Shown in pieces: positions 10,907 to 23,367 of a DNA stretch of 64,000 nucleotides (position 1 is its first letter; every line of letters starts with the position of its first letter). The stretch comes from Nitrososphaerales archaeon (GTDB lineage: Archaea; Thermoproteota; Nitrososphaeria; Nitrososphaerales; UBA213). The position numbers and the translations under genes were made by a program. The stretch lies in contig CBDAOC010000020.1 of assembly GCA_965197925.1 (NCBI GenBank), positions 800,001 through 864,000 of the forward strand. The letters are read 5' to 3'. The notes beneath the pieces were generated by a model, which saw only the letters and a program-made list of their open reading frames with translations, searched no databases and had not been told where the DNA came from.

Positions 10907-11264
10907 TCAACTCACAGCTCTGCTCATTCAGAGTATCGATGTATGAAATGAATCTTAGTATTACTTCTTGGCGTCGACGCTCTCGTACAGCTACTGGCCC
11001 AGATGCGCTACGCATGTCAGCTAGGACATCGTCTATTGCATCAATATGAAGATCACTTAAGCCTAGCAATTCCTTGACCTGATAAGCGTCACATTTTTGG
11101 ATCGCGTCTACAATTTTTTTTGGAGCTCTCCGCTTGATCTCAATGCTTAATTGATCCCAGACCCATGCCTCCCAATGTCCAGTTTCGATTAATGTTGGGA
11201 TAAATTCATTTGAAGAATTGTAAACAATATTCCCACTTGAATTCATAAATTTTTCTATCACCAT
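10890..11264 (-). CDS. Hypothetical protein, overlapping the wHTH gene
   Basis: 124-aa ORF with 17-nt overlap. Confidence 0.6.
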   Translation of the reverse strand: MVIEKFMNSSGNIVYNSSNEFIPTLIETGHWEAWVWDQLSIEIKRRAPKKIVDAIQKCDAYQVKELLGLSDLHIDAIDDVLADMRSASGPVAVRERRRQEVILRFISYIDTLNEQSCELNEREA

Positions 11265-11619
11265 TTATGGTGTTTATAATTAATATAAAATAATTAATAT
11301 AAAAATAAAGTTATAAAAATCTTTTAATCAAAGGTCAAATTATGAAAAATTTGTATCCTAAATTAGAATATTTTGGAGCAAAGTTCCAAAACTTGGATAC
11401 TGGATTTATCGAAAAAAAACCTCCGTCTAATATATTTATCACGAATGATGTTGTTCTTCATCTCATCCTAGATGGTATAATTCAAGACCGATAATCCGAA
11501 TGTATAACAATGCAAACACAAAACATCAAGTTTCAGGTTAGAAATCAAGATACTGTGTATAGATCAAAAAAGTCTATGTAAATGAACAGAAAATAATACA
11601 TCTCTTCAAGCCTACTGGT

Positions 11620-13335
11620 TCAGCATGTCATACTCTCAAACGCTGTGGGTGCTTTAGCAGCGATAGATGTGGACTTAAAGCTAATATATGAAACCTTTTC
11701 CAAAGCTACCGCAGCATTATCTGAAGAACTATATTCCCAAATAATACCAAAGCCATTGGTATACTTTGGATAAACTCTTAGTTGTATACTAAAGGAACAC
11801 TTTTGATGTTCTTCCAACATTTCTTGAAATGTCTTTGGATCAGATTCCGCAGCGTTGGTAGAATTCAATGGGGTTGGGATTGGGGCAGGTGCATTGGCGG
11901 TGCCGCTGGCCAGTGTGAGGTTAGGTCCATTTAATCCCCTATAGGACTATAGAATGTAATTCCTCATAAAACCATTAGTGTGAAATGAATAATACCCTAC
12001 AGTAAACTGGTCTGTGGTACATCCAGTAATGAATTGACATTCTTCTATTGAAGAAACACCATTTTTACGAAAATCTACAATATGTGCATAGCAGTGTACA
12101 TTGTCAACATGGAACATATGGGTCAAGGCAGCGAAATTTACAGCGATGGTATTTTCTTCATCTACCCATCGCCTATAACTGAAAGTTTTCTCTGTACCAG
12201 TTCCCGGTGAACCAACTGGCTTTAGTCTGTTCCCAGCATTGTCAAATATCTCAATTATCACCAAGTGCTTACCATTATCATGAGATGAAGTGTTCCAAGA
12301 ATTGTGAAATTGGAACCATAGCCACCCTAATGGAGCATCTGCCTCATAAGGTATTTGAGTGCCCCTCACTGCTGACCACATTTGGTCCTAGGGTTACAGC
12401 TTCTGTTTTGATCTATCCACTCACCATAACCCACCGTCTCCAAGAGAGAGCTTCGTTTAGAGGTTGAGGAGTAGATATTGGATTTCCATTTGAATCCGCC
12501 TTGACTACACTAATCCTGTAATACTTTGCCCCCAATACCTTTAAGCCCTCGCTGAATTTTAGTCTAAAGCTTAGTGTTTTGCCCCATGGTTGTCCAGTAT
12601 AATGGTGGTTGCAGAGTCCATTATCAGCGGTTGCAGAGGATACACCAAATTCAGAGTTCTGTGTTGGACTTCAGTTCCCAACTGGGAATCGCTCCGATGT
12701 TCTCCAGCAGGACAAATTCTCCTGGAGGTGTAATTCCTTCATCTGGTCCGCAAGCCATTCCCTTCCAAGTCCTAAGGGAGGCTTCTTCATCAGCTCTAAA
12801 GTAATCATTGATATTTGATCCATCGTAAATATACACCCATTGATTCTCATGCCATTGTTTCACTTTGTAGAAGTACGAGGTTCTACAATTCCTTATGTAA
12901 AACTTCTTTGGGAAGCAATGGCTAAACTCGCCTTTTTCATTTATAGTGGTTTCACCAACTTTCTTTGATGTGCAGTAGCAGAAGAGCGGATATAGGTAGT
13001 CATGAATATCAAAATAAGCCAGTTTTTCATTTGGTGATAAAGAAGAAAGAATCTGAACATCCTGCAAAAGTCTTTGTGGTGGATTCCCCAAGGGAATTTT
13101 AATATCGCTAGAACGAGCAAGTTTAAGCGTTCTATCAGCATCCTTATCAGGAATGGGATCTAGCATAGGATCGGGGCTAGGTCCAGGGAAGGGCGGATCA
13201 GGTGGCGGCGGTGGGAATTTCAAGAACCAATCCTTTATCCTGACGAGAAAGTCATCAAGATCATGTATTGTAATTGTACAGCAACATGTTTTCTCATAGA
13301 TTTCCACTAGAGCGTTACAGATCGGAGCACAAATT
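11620..13335 (-). pseudogene. Fragmented large Cys/Pro-rich hypothetical protein
   Basis: ORFs 12651-13307, 11947-12381 and 11620-11868 plus the bridging frame (GQPWGKTLSFRLKFSEGL..YYRISV) join via 2 frameshifts and 2 in-frame TAGs; no start seen. Confidence 0.75.
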
Positions 13336-13443
13336 AATTATACTACATCATTAGACAAAATTCCTTATAACGGAGCTATCAAGTATCTGATAGAAAAATT
13401 GATCTTGGATGTTTACTTTGTTCATTAATTTGATATCCATAAC

Positions 13444-15095
13444 CTATTCCATCAAAATTATGGACTCAGGTTGCCAACCTCTCTTGATAAAGCTGTCCAC
13501 AATTGCTACTAGCTTCATAGACTTTAAATCAACTACAGAGATCGTTCCACTATCCATCCCGTCTAGAGAAAGCATGTTATTTTGAACAAATAGGTATCTA
13601 CCATCTTTGCTGAAGGCCATGTGGTGTGCACCAGGCTCAGAAGGAAGGGTTCTGATCAGTTCCGGATCTTCAGGATTGTTCAGACTAGACATTTACTACT
13701 CCAGGTAATGCCCAACTCACATATAGATTCCCGTCCTGCTCTAGATTCATGACCAGCGGCCAACTTTGAACACGCGTTGTCTCATCATCTACCAATTCCG
13801 GATAGAATGAGCTACTCTCTGTATCCCAAATGAGAGCCCACAACGAGCTCTCAAGCATACTAGTCACATAAGCAACAGGAAATTCTGGATGGAAGAATAT
13901 CTCAACGGGCGCACCCGGCTTACTGATGTCCTTAGTAACAGGAATGGTTGAAAGTGCCTCTCCAGAACTAAATTCTACTACAGTTACAGTAGACCCAGGA
14001 TCGTCCAAAGCTGGAGAAATGGTTTCGGTGACAATCATACGATCGATATTCTCATTGGCATTAATTCCATGAGGATACTTGATATAGGTTCCTTCACTGC
14101 CAGAGTTTTCTGGAGCTTTAATCTGACCAATAATATCATAACCGATTTCATCGTAAATGACAACCATATCAGAGCCTATGCAGGTCATGTAAAATCTTGT
14201 TCCATCCTCACTAAAGTACAGATCCTCAGCTACCTTACATGGACCTGTATCAATTGGTAGTACTTCTCCGATCCGGTCTCCATTCAGCATAATTTGAAAA
14301 AGGCCTGCTTGCAAAAAGGGTCCACCAAGGGCAGTAATGTAAAGCCTGGATGCGTCGTGATTGTAGTAAAGGTGGTGTGGGTTGACTCTAGGACCAATAA
14401 TCACCTCCTGTAAAATTTGTCCAAATGTTGGTGATTCCGGATTAAGGTCTATTATTGCCACACCGTCAGCTTCATCTTCTAAATTGTGAGAGGTGTAATC
14501 AACAAGTACCAATATCGGTGAAGTGGAGGGATGGCTAGATTCTTTTTCATCTAATAATGCTTCTTTCATTATAGAACCCCACCCACGTTCAATAAGCTTC
14601 AATATGTTGTATGGTTTAACGCATGCAGCAGAACCTGAACCACGCAGCATCAATGTTTGTCCGTCTGCACACTACATCCTCTGCTGCAACTCCATTTACC
14701 ATTTGTTTCTTGGGAGAATCAATCTTGCTGGATAAAGGAATAGACTTGTCATGAGGAGGTGTTAACGAACCTGCAACAAATTCCACCTCCAGCTTGTCAC
14801 CAATAGTAATTTTTGGTTCTATCATTATGAATGATTCACCAGATCCATGCACAGAAATCTGATTGAGGAAAACAAATGAAGTTCTACCAAAATGCACAGC
14901 AATATCATTCAAAAATTTCTGGTCCACAATTATTGATGCTGCTTGTGTAAAGTCATAGGTAATTATAGAGAACATAGTTTCTTCTCCATCCAAATTTACT
15001 CTTACGTTTCTCTCTGTAGAAATAGCATATGCATTAGCGACAAGAATAATTGACGTAGCAATTATGACTGGTAAGAGAAGTCCTAAAAACTTCAT
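13444..15095 (-). pseudogene. Secreted beta-propeller (YncE/SBP56-like) with thaumarchaeal N-terminal domains, split by 2 frameshifts
   Basis: The motif SPKKQ..GV..EDVVC/..GSAACVKP spans the first break; propeller with NPHH, YPHGI, GAHHMAF; ORFs overlap at 14616-14653 and 13685-13692. Confidence 0.8.
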
Positions 15096-15307
15096 ACCGA
15101 TTTAAAATTAAAGAAAGCGGATATTTATTTATTGTGATGGATTGAGGAATTACATATTTTACCATGTCCTCAATAACCACTTTATTTTGATGTGTCTATT
15201 AGGGTATTGATTATTACTAGATATCGATCTTAGTAGCTGAAATTTTAGTTAATGGTAGACAATCAGGTCCAGAGCGTTGAATATTTGTGTAAATTAAATA
15301 GGTAACT

Positions 15308-16397
15308 GAGACTTGGGCATAATTCAATTATAATATTATTTTGAAATTATTACTATTAGCTTCCCAACATATACTTCAATGCTCTAAGAGGCCTTCCTGT
15401 CAAGTAGTTGTAGTAAACCATTACCTGATACAACAATACTGATAACAACACTATACTCTTTACCTTATCAAATCCTCTAACTGGCAATGGATCTATGGTA
15501 AATACATCCTTCATATGCTCTATCAATGGCTCAACGCTTATGCTCTTCCGAGAATATACATGCTGCCCAAATTCAGATTGATAGAACTGCAGCAATGCCA
15601 GTCTATTATTATCTGTAGTATGCTTGTACCTTTCCAATGGGAATACTGGATACCCTCTATACCTGCTGAAATCACATAACTTGTGATCATCATATCCTTC
15701 ATCTCCTACAACATACCTTACCATTCCTGTAAGCAATGAAGATGTTATGCTTTCATACATCTTGTTATCAGTAATGTTAGCTGTTGTGAAATCAGCTGAT
15801 AATGGAACTATCAACGAACCAGTACTACATGCTAGATGCATCTTGTATCCGAATATCCATCCCTTGGTTCTGCTGTAGCCCCATCGAGCATCTGTATCTA
15901 TACCGGAGCGTGGCACTTCATTCTTCTTCATGCTAGATTTGTGCCATACATGTCCCTTTGCTTTCAACAATGAACTGTCAACGGATATTATGGCTGGGTC
16001 TACCAACCCATCTTTTATGAAGAGCATACCCATAACATCTATCCTTGATCTTATGTCAATTGATACGGCCTTGACCTTCTGTCGAATGTTCTTCTGTCTG
16101 GCAACCTATTAAGACCACATGCCTTCATTACCTTCCTGTTGTATGGCATGTCTATCGAAAAATATTGATGTAACACATTGTTGCTTGGTATTCTTACCCA
16201 TACTCTAACGATGAAGCATCTCATCATTACTGTAGGAGAATAGTAGAATGGTCTACCCTTTTCCTATTAGGTTTTGACCGAATCACACCAATCAAAAATA
16301 ATATGCGAAGAAGTATCGAGTCTGAGCTAAACACATTACCAATGAAAATTGGAACCTGATCTTATCGTTTCGACCGGCTTAATTATGCCCAAGCCTC
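15308..16397 (-). mobile_element. IS-C full-length copy (transposase frameshifted)
   Basis: TIRs GAGACTTGGGCATAATT / AATTATGCCCAAGCCTC; 8-bp TSD AGGTAACT, the right copy following a 13-bp duplication. Confidence 0.95.
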
Positions 16398-16489
16398 AGG
16401 TAACAGCCTCAGGTAACTACGTTTTAGGAAGTTATCCAGATAATCATTATCTGAGCCGTGGTCATGAAACACAAACAAGGTCCAACAGT

Positions 16490-16840
16490 TCAACGTATAA
16501 AACCGGTGAAAAAATGAAAATTATGTATACTAAATTTGGCCAGTGCTTCTTTCAGATCATTGTTAGGGTCACCATAAACTTCAAACCGAGTCAACTTTGA
16601 TACTTCAAGAAGTTTAGGGAGAATTGTGATTACCGCTTTTCCACGTAGATGAACCAGCGCCGCTTCTGAGCTCTCGTACCATTCATTAACAATACATTTT
16701 GTTTTTTCATCATTAAAGTACCATTGATAACCCTTTGTATCGGGCTCGTTTTGTTTAACCAATACAGCAATTTCTTTAGCCAGATTCTCAAAAGCCTCAA
16801 GTTTTCCTTCTTTAATGGTAAACTCAACAATCCACTTCAA
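16490..16840 (-). CDS. Antibiotic biosynthesis monooxygenase (ABM) family protein
   Basis: VEFTIKEGKLEAF..EPDTKGYQW..EWYESSEAALVH. Confidence 0.88.
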   Translation of the reverse strand: MKWIVEFTIKEGKLEAFENLAKEIAVLVKQNEPDTKGYQWYFNDEKTKCIVNEWYESSEAALVHLRGKAVITILPKLLEVSKLTRFEVYGDPNNDLKEALAKFSIHNFHFFTGFIR

Positions 16841-17502
16841 ATGTCACTCACGCATTTAATACCCATTTTATCTATTGATGTTTATATTTCTACTCTCTCC
16901 AAATTAGTGCCGAGATCCTAAAGCCAAGAAATCCTGATTTGCTCTAACTACATTTGACAGTGATATTTTGTCTCTCCCTGTTGGATTTTTTTGATGGATT
17001 TATTTACTTTGTAAGGAGATTTCAAATCTTCTAATCTGGATAAAAACTGTCATATCAACGACTTTTGTCTAGAATTATCTAAGATGCAATTACGCTCTTT
17101 AAAAGAATCTTCTTATTGTAACTGTATTGCCCCAACATACCTCGGAGGCACTGTTTAAAAGTTCAGTAGAGCATTCAAGATCAGGTGTAAGCTAATTCCT
17201 ATAGCCATAACCTTCCCACAAATGGTAAAAATTGTTTCAATGCGTAAAACTACGATACATTCAAACGCACATTGGTCACTAACAACCAACATTCAATTTT
17301 GAAAATCGTATCATGATTTATTTTACTAAACTTGGCAATCATATATTGTGGAACTAAGGGATTGCCCTTAAGGATTCTTAGGGATATAGTGGTTTTTGGT
17401 ATTATTATCGGACAAGTTGCAACGGATTTGTAGGAAGAAGCACCTCCGAAAACTGATCTGTATACCACCCTAGTAAAGGGAAGTGAGGGTTAACTAAAGG
17501 AT

Positions 17503-17778
17503 ATGGGCATATCAGGAATAGCAGGAACAGATCCCGCATTAGTGTTGCGAAACTCTTTGGATTATCAAGTGAACACAAGAGTAATCAACCAAGATCAAAA
17601 AGCGTATCAACTCGTCGCAGATAGATTTGATTCTTCTACAAAGATACTCGGTACTGAGAATGTAGTTGATAATATAGTTCTTAAGCGTCAGAAAGGTTGT
17701 TGCACTTACAGATGTGCATTACATGAAGATAAAGTATTCAATGAATTCAGAGTTGTAAGGTTTACAGCAACGGGTTAG
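17503..17778 (+). CDS. Hypothetical protein or gene fragment
   Basis: 91-aa ATG ORF only. Confidence 0.3.
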   Translation: MGISGIAGTDPALVLRNSLDYQVNTRVINQDQKAYQLVADRFDSSTKILGTENVVDNIVLKRQKGCCTYRCALHEDKVFNEFRVVRFTATG

Positions 17779-18551
17779 CTTGACTTTTACGTGGTAGTAT
17801 CGTAACCCAATTAGATGAGGCATGGGCATTATTCCATATAACAAAAATAACTTGATGCCTCTGATTGATTAACTTCCCAACACGTGCTTCAATGCCCTTA
17901 ATGGTCTTCCTGTCAAGTAGTTGTAGTATACCATCAGCTGGTATAGCAATATAGAAATCAGAACGATGCTCCTAGCTTTATCAAATCCTCTAACAGGTAG
18001 TGGGTCTATCAACTCATCTCAAAACTAACCATTTAGACAATTTTTAGCGACCATTTAGATCTATGAATAGCGACATCTAAAATTATTTTATGAAATTCCA
18101 AGAATTATCAGACAAACAGTGGAGTATGATGGAATCACACATACCGCCACATGCAAAAACTGGCAGGCCTAGGGATGATGATAGAAAAATCATTAACGGA
18201 ATAATCCATGTTCTAACTACTGGATGCCGATGGGACGATATGCCAAAAAGATATGGTGATGATTCTACTGCAAACAGAAGGTTAAACAAATGGCAACAAA
18301 AAGGAATCTGGAAAAAGATTCTATCACGTACTATTCACTCAGCACATAAATCTGGCAAATTAGTCTAAAAAAATCAGTTGACTCTTCATCCATTCCTAAT
18401 AAAAAAGGGGCAATGTAACTGGATATAATGGATTCAAGAGAATAACAGGTACAAAAATACATGCCGCAGTAGAGGGTAACGGATTTCCAATATCCATACT
18501 GCTGAGTCCGGCAAATGAACATGACAGTACAAAATGCATGGATGTTATAGA

Positions 18552-19431
18552 CAACTGATCCCAAAACTGATCACTTAGTGAATAATTGACGATCATTTGG
18601 ATCTATTTGCAATGCTGCCCGTAGCAGATCATGAAATTTCAGGAGATAACAGGTGAACAATGGAAGATGATATCACCGCATCTCCCAAAGCCAGCCAGAA
18701 CCGGAAGGCCAAGGGCAGACGACAGAAAGACAGTCAACGGAATCCTGTTTGTCGGGATAACAGGATGCAGGTGGACTGGGATGTCACAAAGGTACGGCTC
18801 CAAATCAACTGCGCACCGCAGACTGCAGAACTGGCAGCGACGTGGAATATGGAAGAATATCCTCTCCGCTGCAGTCAAATCAGCCCACAGATCAGGCAAG
18901 ATGCAGCTGCAAAAAACGGTCGATTCGTCATCAGTTCCGGCCAAAAAAGGGGAAGCGTCATAGGATACAACGGATTCAACAGGATTTCAGGCACAAAAAT
19001 ACACGTTGCGGTGGAACAAAACGGACTGCCAGTCTCAGTAGTGATGGGTCCTGCAAATCAGCATGACTCTGCAAGATTTGTAGACGTGATGGATGGCATC
19101 TCACAATATCTGGATGAGAGATCTATCAGAAAAATTGCGCGGTGCCAAGCAGACAAGGGCTATGATGCAGAATTCATCAGGAAATACCTCACCAAAAGAA
19201 AAATCTCTGACTGCATACCTTACAGAAAAAACAGTAAGACACAACAACAAAATGATGATACAGAACAATACCTATACGGCAAGACGCGCTATGTTGTGGA
19301 GAGATTCTTTGCCTGGTTGAAGAATGGGTTCCACAGAACCAGGATCAGATATGAGAAGAATGCACAAAACTATCTGGCATTTGTTATCATTTCGTCGATT
19401 ATGATGTATTGGAGAGTATTGGGATGACTTC
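18552..19431 (+). mobile_element. IS5-family IS-B copy 1 (innermost, apparently intact)
   Basis: Imperfect TIR CAACTGATCCCAAAAC / GTATTGGGATGACTTC; flanks AGA/AGG. Confidence 0.95.
18631..19427 (+). CDS. IS5 transposase, OrfA+OrfB probably joined by a -1 frameshift
   Basis: OrfA ends PAKKGEAS; the -1 frame continues KRGSVIGYNG..ADKGYD..VVERF; slippery AAAAAAGGGG at the overlap. Confidence 0.85.
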
Positions 19432-20973
19432 AGGATCAATTTCAGACTATCTTGATGATGATTCAATACAACAGATAGAATCAGTTTATGCAGACAAAAT
19501 GATGCAAAATACATCAGAATGTATTTGTGGGATAGAAATATTGCATGTTGCATCCCATACAAAATAAATTCCAAGTTCATCTTGCAAAATAATGATTGCA
19601 AACATTACAACAAGACAAGATTTGTAGTTGAGAGATTCCTTGCATGGCTCAAGAATGGATTTCACAGAACAAGAACCAGGTATGAAAGAACGGCAGAAAA
19701 CTATCTGGCATTTGTTAATCTTGCATCATTTTTGATGTATTGTAGGGTTTTGAGATGAGTTGTATATCAAATACATCCTTTATCTGCTCTATCAATGGTT
19801 CAACACTTATGCTCCTCCGAGAATATACATGCTGTCCAAATTCAGAGTTATAGAACTGCAGCAATGCCAGTCTATTATTATCTGTAGTATGCTTGTACCT
19901 TTCCAATGGGAATACTGGATACCCTCTATACCTGCTGAAATCACATAACTTGTGATCATCATATCCTTCATCTCCTACAACATACCTTACCATTCCTGTA
20001 GGCAATGAAGATGTTATGCTTTCATACATCTTGTTATCAGTAATGTTAGCTGTTGTGAAATCAGCTGATAATGGAACTATCAACGAACCTGTGCTACATG
20101 CTAGATGCATCTTGTATCCGAATACCCATCCCTTGGTTCTGCTGTAGCCCCATCGAGCATCTGTATCTATACCGGAGCGTGGCACTTCATTCTTCTTCAT
20201 GTTTGATCTATGCCATACATGTCCCTTTGCTTTCAACAAGGAACTGTCAACGGATACTATGGCTGGGTCTACCAACCCATCTTTTATGAAGAGCATACCC
20301 ATAACATCTATCCTTGATCTTATGTCAATTGATGGCCTTGAACCTTCTGTCAAACGTCCTTCTGTCTGGCAACCTATCAAGACCACATGCCTTCATTACC
20401 TTCCTGTTGTATGGCATGTCTATCGAAAAATATTCATGCAAAGCATTGTTGCTTGGTATTCTTACCCATACTCTAACGATGAAGCATCTACCATAACTGT
20501 AGGAGAATAGTAGAATGGTCTACCCCTTTTCCTATTAGGTTTTGACCAAGGAATCACGTCAATCAAAAATAATATACGAAGGAGTATCGAGTCTGGGCTA
20601 GACACATTACCAATATGAACTGGAACCTGATCTTATCGTTTCGAACTAAATTACGCCCAAGCCTCCAGTATCTAATGGCATTTGGGAATGAAGTTTACTG
20701 TCTACCTGTACTCTGATTCGTCAGTAAAAATGATATCAATGATATTTATTATTCAGCTGTTGGAATGCACCCAAGATGTTATCATAAATGGATGTTATCA
20801 TGGTCGCATTAGACGAGGAAGGTTTCTCACTAAAGTTATTATTGTTAAATACGAGATGAAAGTCTTGCAAAAATAACTATTATTATTATAAGACTTTGTT
20901 ATTGAACTAATCTTACACTTTCATAAATCCTAGCACGGAGTGTTAAAAATAAGAAAAAAAAGTAATGGTTTTT

Positions 20974-22605
20974 TTATTCCATACCGCCTGGGGGTCCTTC
21001 TGGTCCTTTTGATTTCGATGAAGATATTACATCGTCTATTCGCAATATCATACTTGCAGCTTCAGTTGCAGATTTTATTATTTGTTCCTTTACAGAAATT
21101 GGTTCTATTACATCTTTCTTCATCATATCCACAATCTTCAATTCCTTCACATCAATACCAATCCATTTACTTCCTTTACTCTGCTTCGATCTTAATTCTG
21201 TGGTAGTATCAATTGGGTCCATACCCGCATTCTCTGCAAGAGTCAACGGAATAGTTTCCAATGCTTCTGCAAATTTCTGAACTGCTAACTGCTCCCTACC
21301 AGAAAGTCTATTAGCCCATTGTTGCAAATTGCGTGCAATATGTGCCAATGTTGCCCCACCTCCAGCAACTATCGCTGGTTTCTCCATAACATCCTTCACT
21401 ACCATTAAAGCATCATGCAATGAACGTTCGGCTTCATCTACCACTCTCTGAGAACCTCCTCTCATAAGTATGGTAACTGATTTCGGATTCTTGCATCCTT
21501 CTATGAAGACCCACTTGTCTGTCTCTACTTTGCGTTCTTCTACTAAACCTGCGGTACCAAGATCTTTTTCAGTAAGATCTTCAATGTTTGTTACCATCCT
21601 TCCGCCCGTAGCTTTCACCAATTTACTCACATCGCTTTCCTTCACTCTCCTAACTGCAAGTATCTTTGCCTTTGCCAAATAATGTTGCGCCACATCATCA
21701 ATTCCTTTCTGGCAAATGACCATATTTGCACCTGTGCCTGCAATTTGTTCGACCATAGTCTGCAACATTCTGTTCTCCTCATCTAAGAACATCTTCATCT
21801 TCTCAGGACTATCTATGTTGATTTTGGCGTCAAACTCTGTCTTCTCTATTTCAAGAGCTGCATTAATCAACGCTATCTTCGCTTTCTCAACACGCTTTGG
21901 CATACCACCATGTACTACTTCCTTATCAAGAATAATACCATCTATCAGATTGGTATCCTTTATGGAACCACCAGCCTTTTTTTCTACTTTAATGTCATCT
22001 AAATCTACTTTGTAACTATCACCTAGCTTTTCTGCTACTCCTGATACAGCATCAACAGCTATCACAGATAAATGCGGACTATCCTTGGAAACAAGTTTAG
22101 ACTGCATTGCAGTTTCTGCAATTTTTAGAAGTGTTTTTCTGTCGTTACCATTAACCTTCTCAGCAATATCATTCAGAATTTCTAATGCTTTGACAGAGGC
22201 CTTCTTGTAACCATCAACAATTATTGTTGGGTGTACATCCTTCCCTATTAGTTCCTCAGCCTTGTCTATCAAAGACCCAGCCAGAATTACCGATGATGTT
22301 GTACCATCACCAACTTCGTTATCAACGGATTTTGCTATTTCCACCATCATCTTGCCCGCAGGATGTTGTACATCTATCTCCTTCAACAAAGTTGCACCGT
22401 CGTTAGTTATAGTAACATCCCCCATTGTGTCAACGAGCATCTTGTCCATTCCTCTAGGACCTAAACACGTTTTTACAACCTCTGCCACAAGTCTTGCCGC
22501 TGTGATATTATTCCGCTGTGCCTCTTTACCCTTGGTTTGTCCCGTTCCCTCTTTTAGAATGAATACAGGTGTACCACCTTGCGTTGTCGCCGGAACTATT
22601 GACAT
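20974..22605 (-). CDS. ths: Thermosome subunit (group II chaperonin)
   Basis: [30 protein letters not shown] and ILRIDD. Confidence 0.98.
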   Translation of the reverse strand: MSIVPATTQGGTPVFILKEGTGQTKGKEAQRNNITAARLVAEVVKTCLGPRGMDKMLVDTMGDVTITNDGATLLKEIDVQHPAGKMMVEIAKSVDNEVGDGTTSSVILAGSLIDKAEELIGKDVHPTIIVDGYKKASVKALEILNDIAEKVNGNDRKTLLKIAETAMQSKLVSKDSPHLSVIAVDAVSGVAEKLGDSYKVDLDDIKVEKKAGGSIKDTNLIDGIILDKEVVHGGMPKRVEKAKIALINAALEIEKTEFDAKINIDSPEKMKMFLDEENRMLQTMVEQIAGTGANMVICQKGIDDVAQHYLAKAKILAVRRVKESDVSKLVKATGGRMVTNIEDLTEKDLGTAGLVEERKVETDKWVFIEGCKNPKSVTILMRGGSQRVVDEAERSLHDALMVVKDVMEKPAIVAGGGATLAHIARNLQQWANRLSGREQLAVQKFAEALETIPLTLAENAGMDPIDTTTELRSKQSKGSKWIGIDVKELKIVDMMKKDVIEPISVKEQIIKSATEAASMILRIDDVISSSKSKGPEGPPGGME

Positions 22606-23367
22606 CTTTTATCGGTTGTTTTATAAAATGAGGAGGTAATTAAATTTTTTGAAAAGAATAATGTGTAAATGATCGGTAAAGATGCAACAATATAGTAGAG
22701 CAAACACCAATTATAATATTGTGAAAGAGGTGAGGAACACTCTATTTGAGATCCCTGATGAGTAAACAATCCACCAATAGCAACTTTCTTATTGGGGTGA
22801 CAAACATTTACAGTAAAAAAAATCTCATTTGATTAAAAGTAATAGATTGATAATCCAGATGAAAAAAACCCAAGTTTTGCAATATTCCTTTAGCGATAAC
22901 TTGCTAATATTGCCTCGACTTGTCAGGAATGGTTGCGATAATCAGAATTTCTGGAACTACAGACGTAAGGAGATAACATATGTTTGAAACAAATATTAAG
23001 AAATTAGAAGGCCTCATTAAATAAAAAAATACCGAGAGAAAATTAGAAGAACAATTGTCTCGGATATTCTTACTCTAGTTCACCCGAATAATTTGTTCTA
23101 CGATTAATATTTTGTTACATTTGCTATAGTCTTTAGGCTGAACCTCTTGATCTGAACTTAGTCTATAACGATACTCATATGGACATTTTTTCTATTTTAC
23201 GAGTTTTGCCTTAACATAACAATCTGTAATACTCCCTATTAGATCTAACGTTTTTTATTGTTATTTGGTAATTATTACTTTTCATCTAGACTGGAGAATC
23301 ATAGTACTTCCAGCCCTACCCAATTATTTAATGTGACAGAACTCATTCAATTTTAAGATATATAATT

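Larger units (their letters stand above)
18010..19762 (+). mobile_element. IS5-family IS-A copy 2 (nested)
   Basis: Same TIR as 4484-5358; TSD TAT. Confidence 0.95.
17817..20665 (-). mobile_element. IS-C copy interrupted by IS-A, which is itself interrupted by IS-B
   Basis: TIRs GAGGCATGGGCATTATT / AATTACGCCCAAGCCTC; transposase resumes across 18009/19763. Confidence 0.93.

Noticed and set aside
18660..18945. N-terminal part of the 255-aa ORF as a separate overlapping gene
   Set aside because: It is the open -1 frame over OrfA; transposase similarity starts only after the slippery site
22750..22805. CTGATGAG plus a hairpin as a hammerhead ribozyme or C/D sRNA
   Set aside because: No correctly placed GAAA or stems I/III, and no D box
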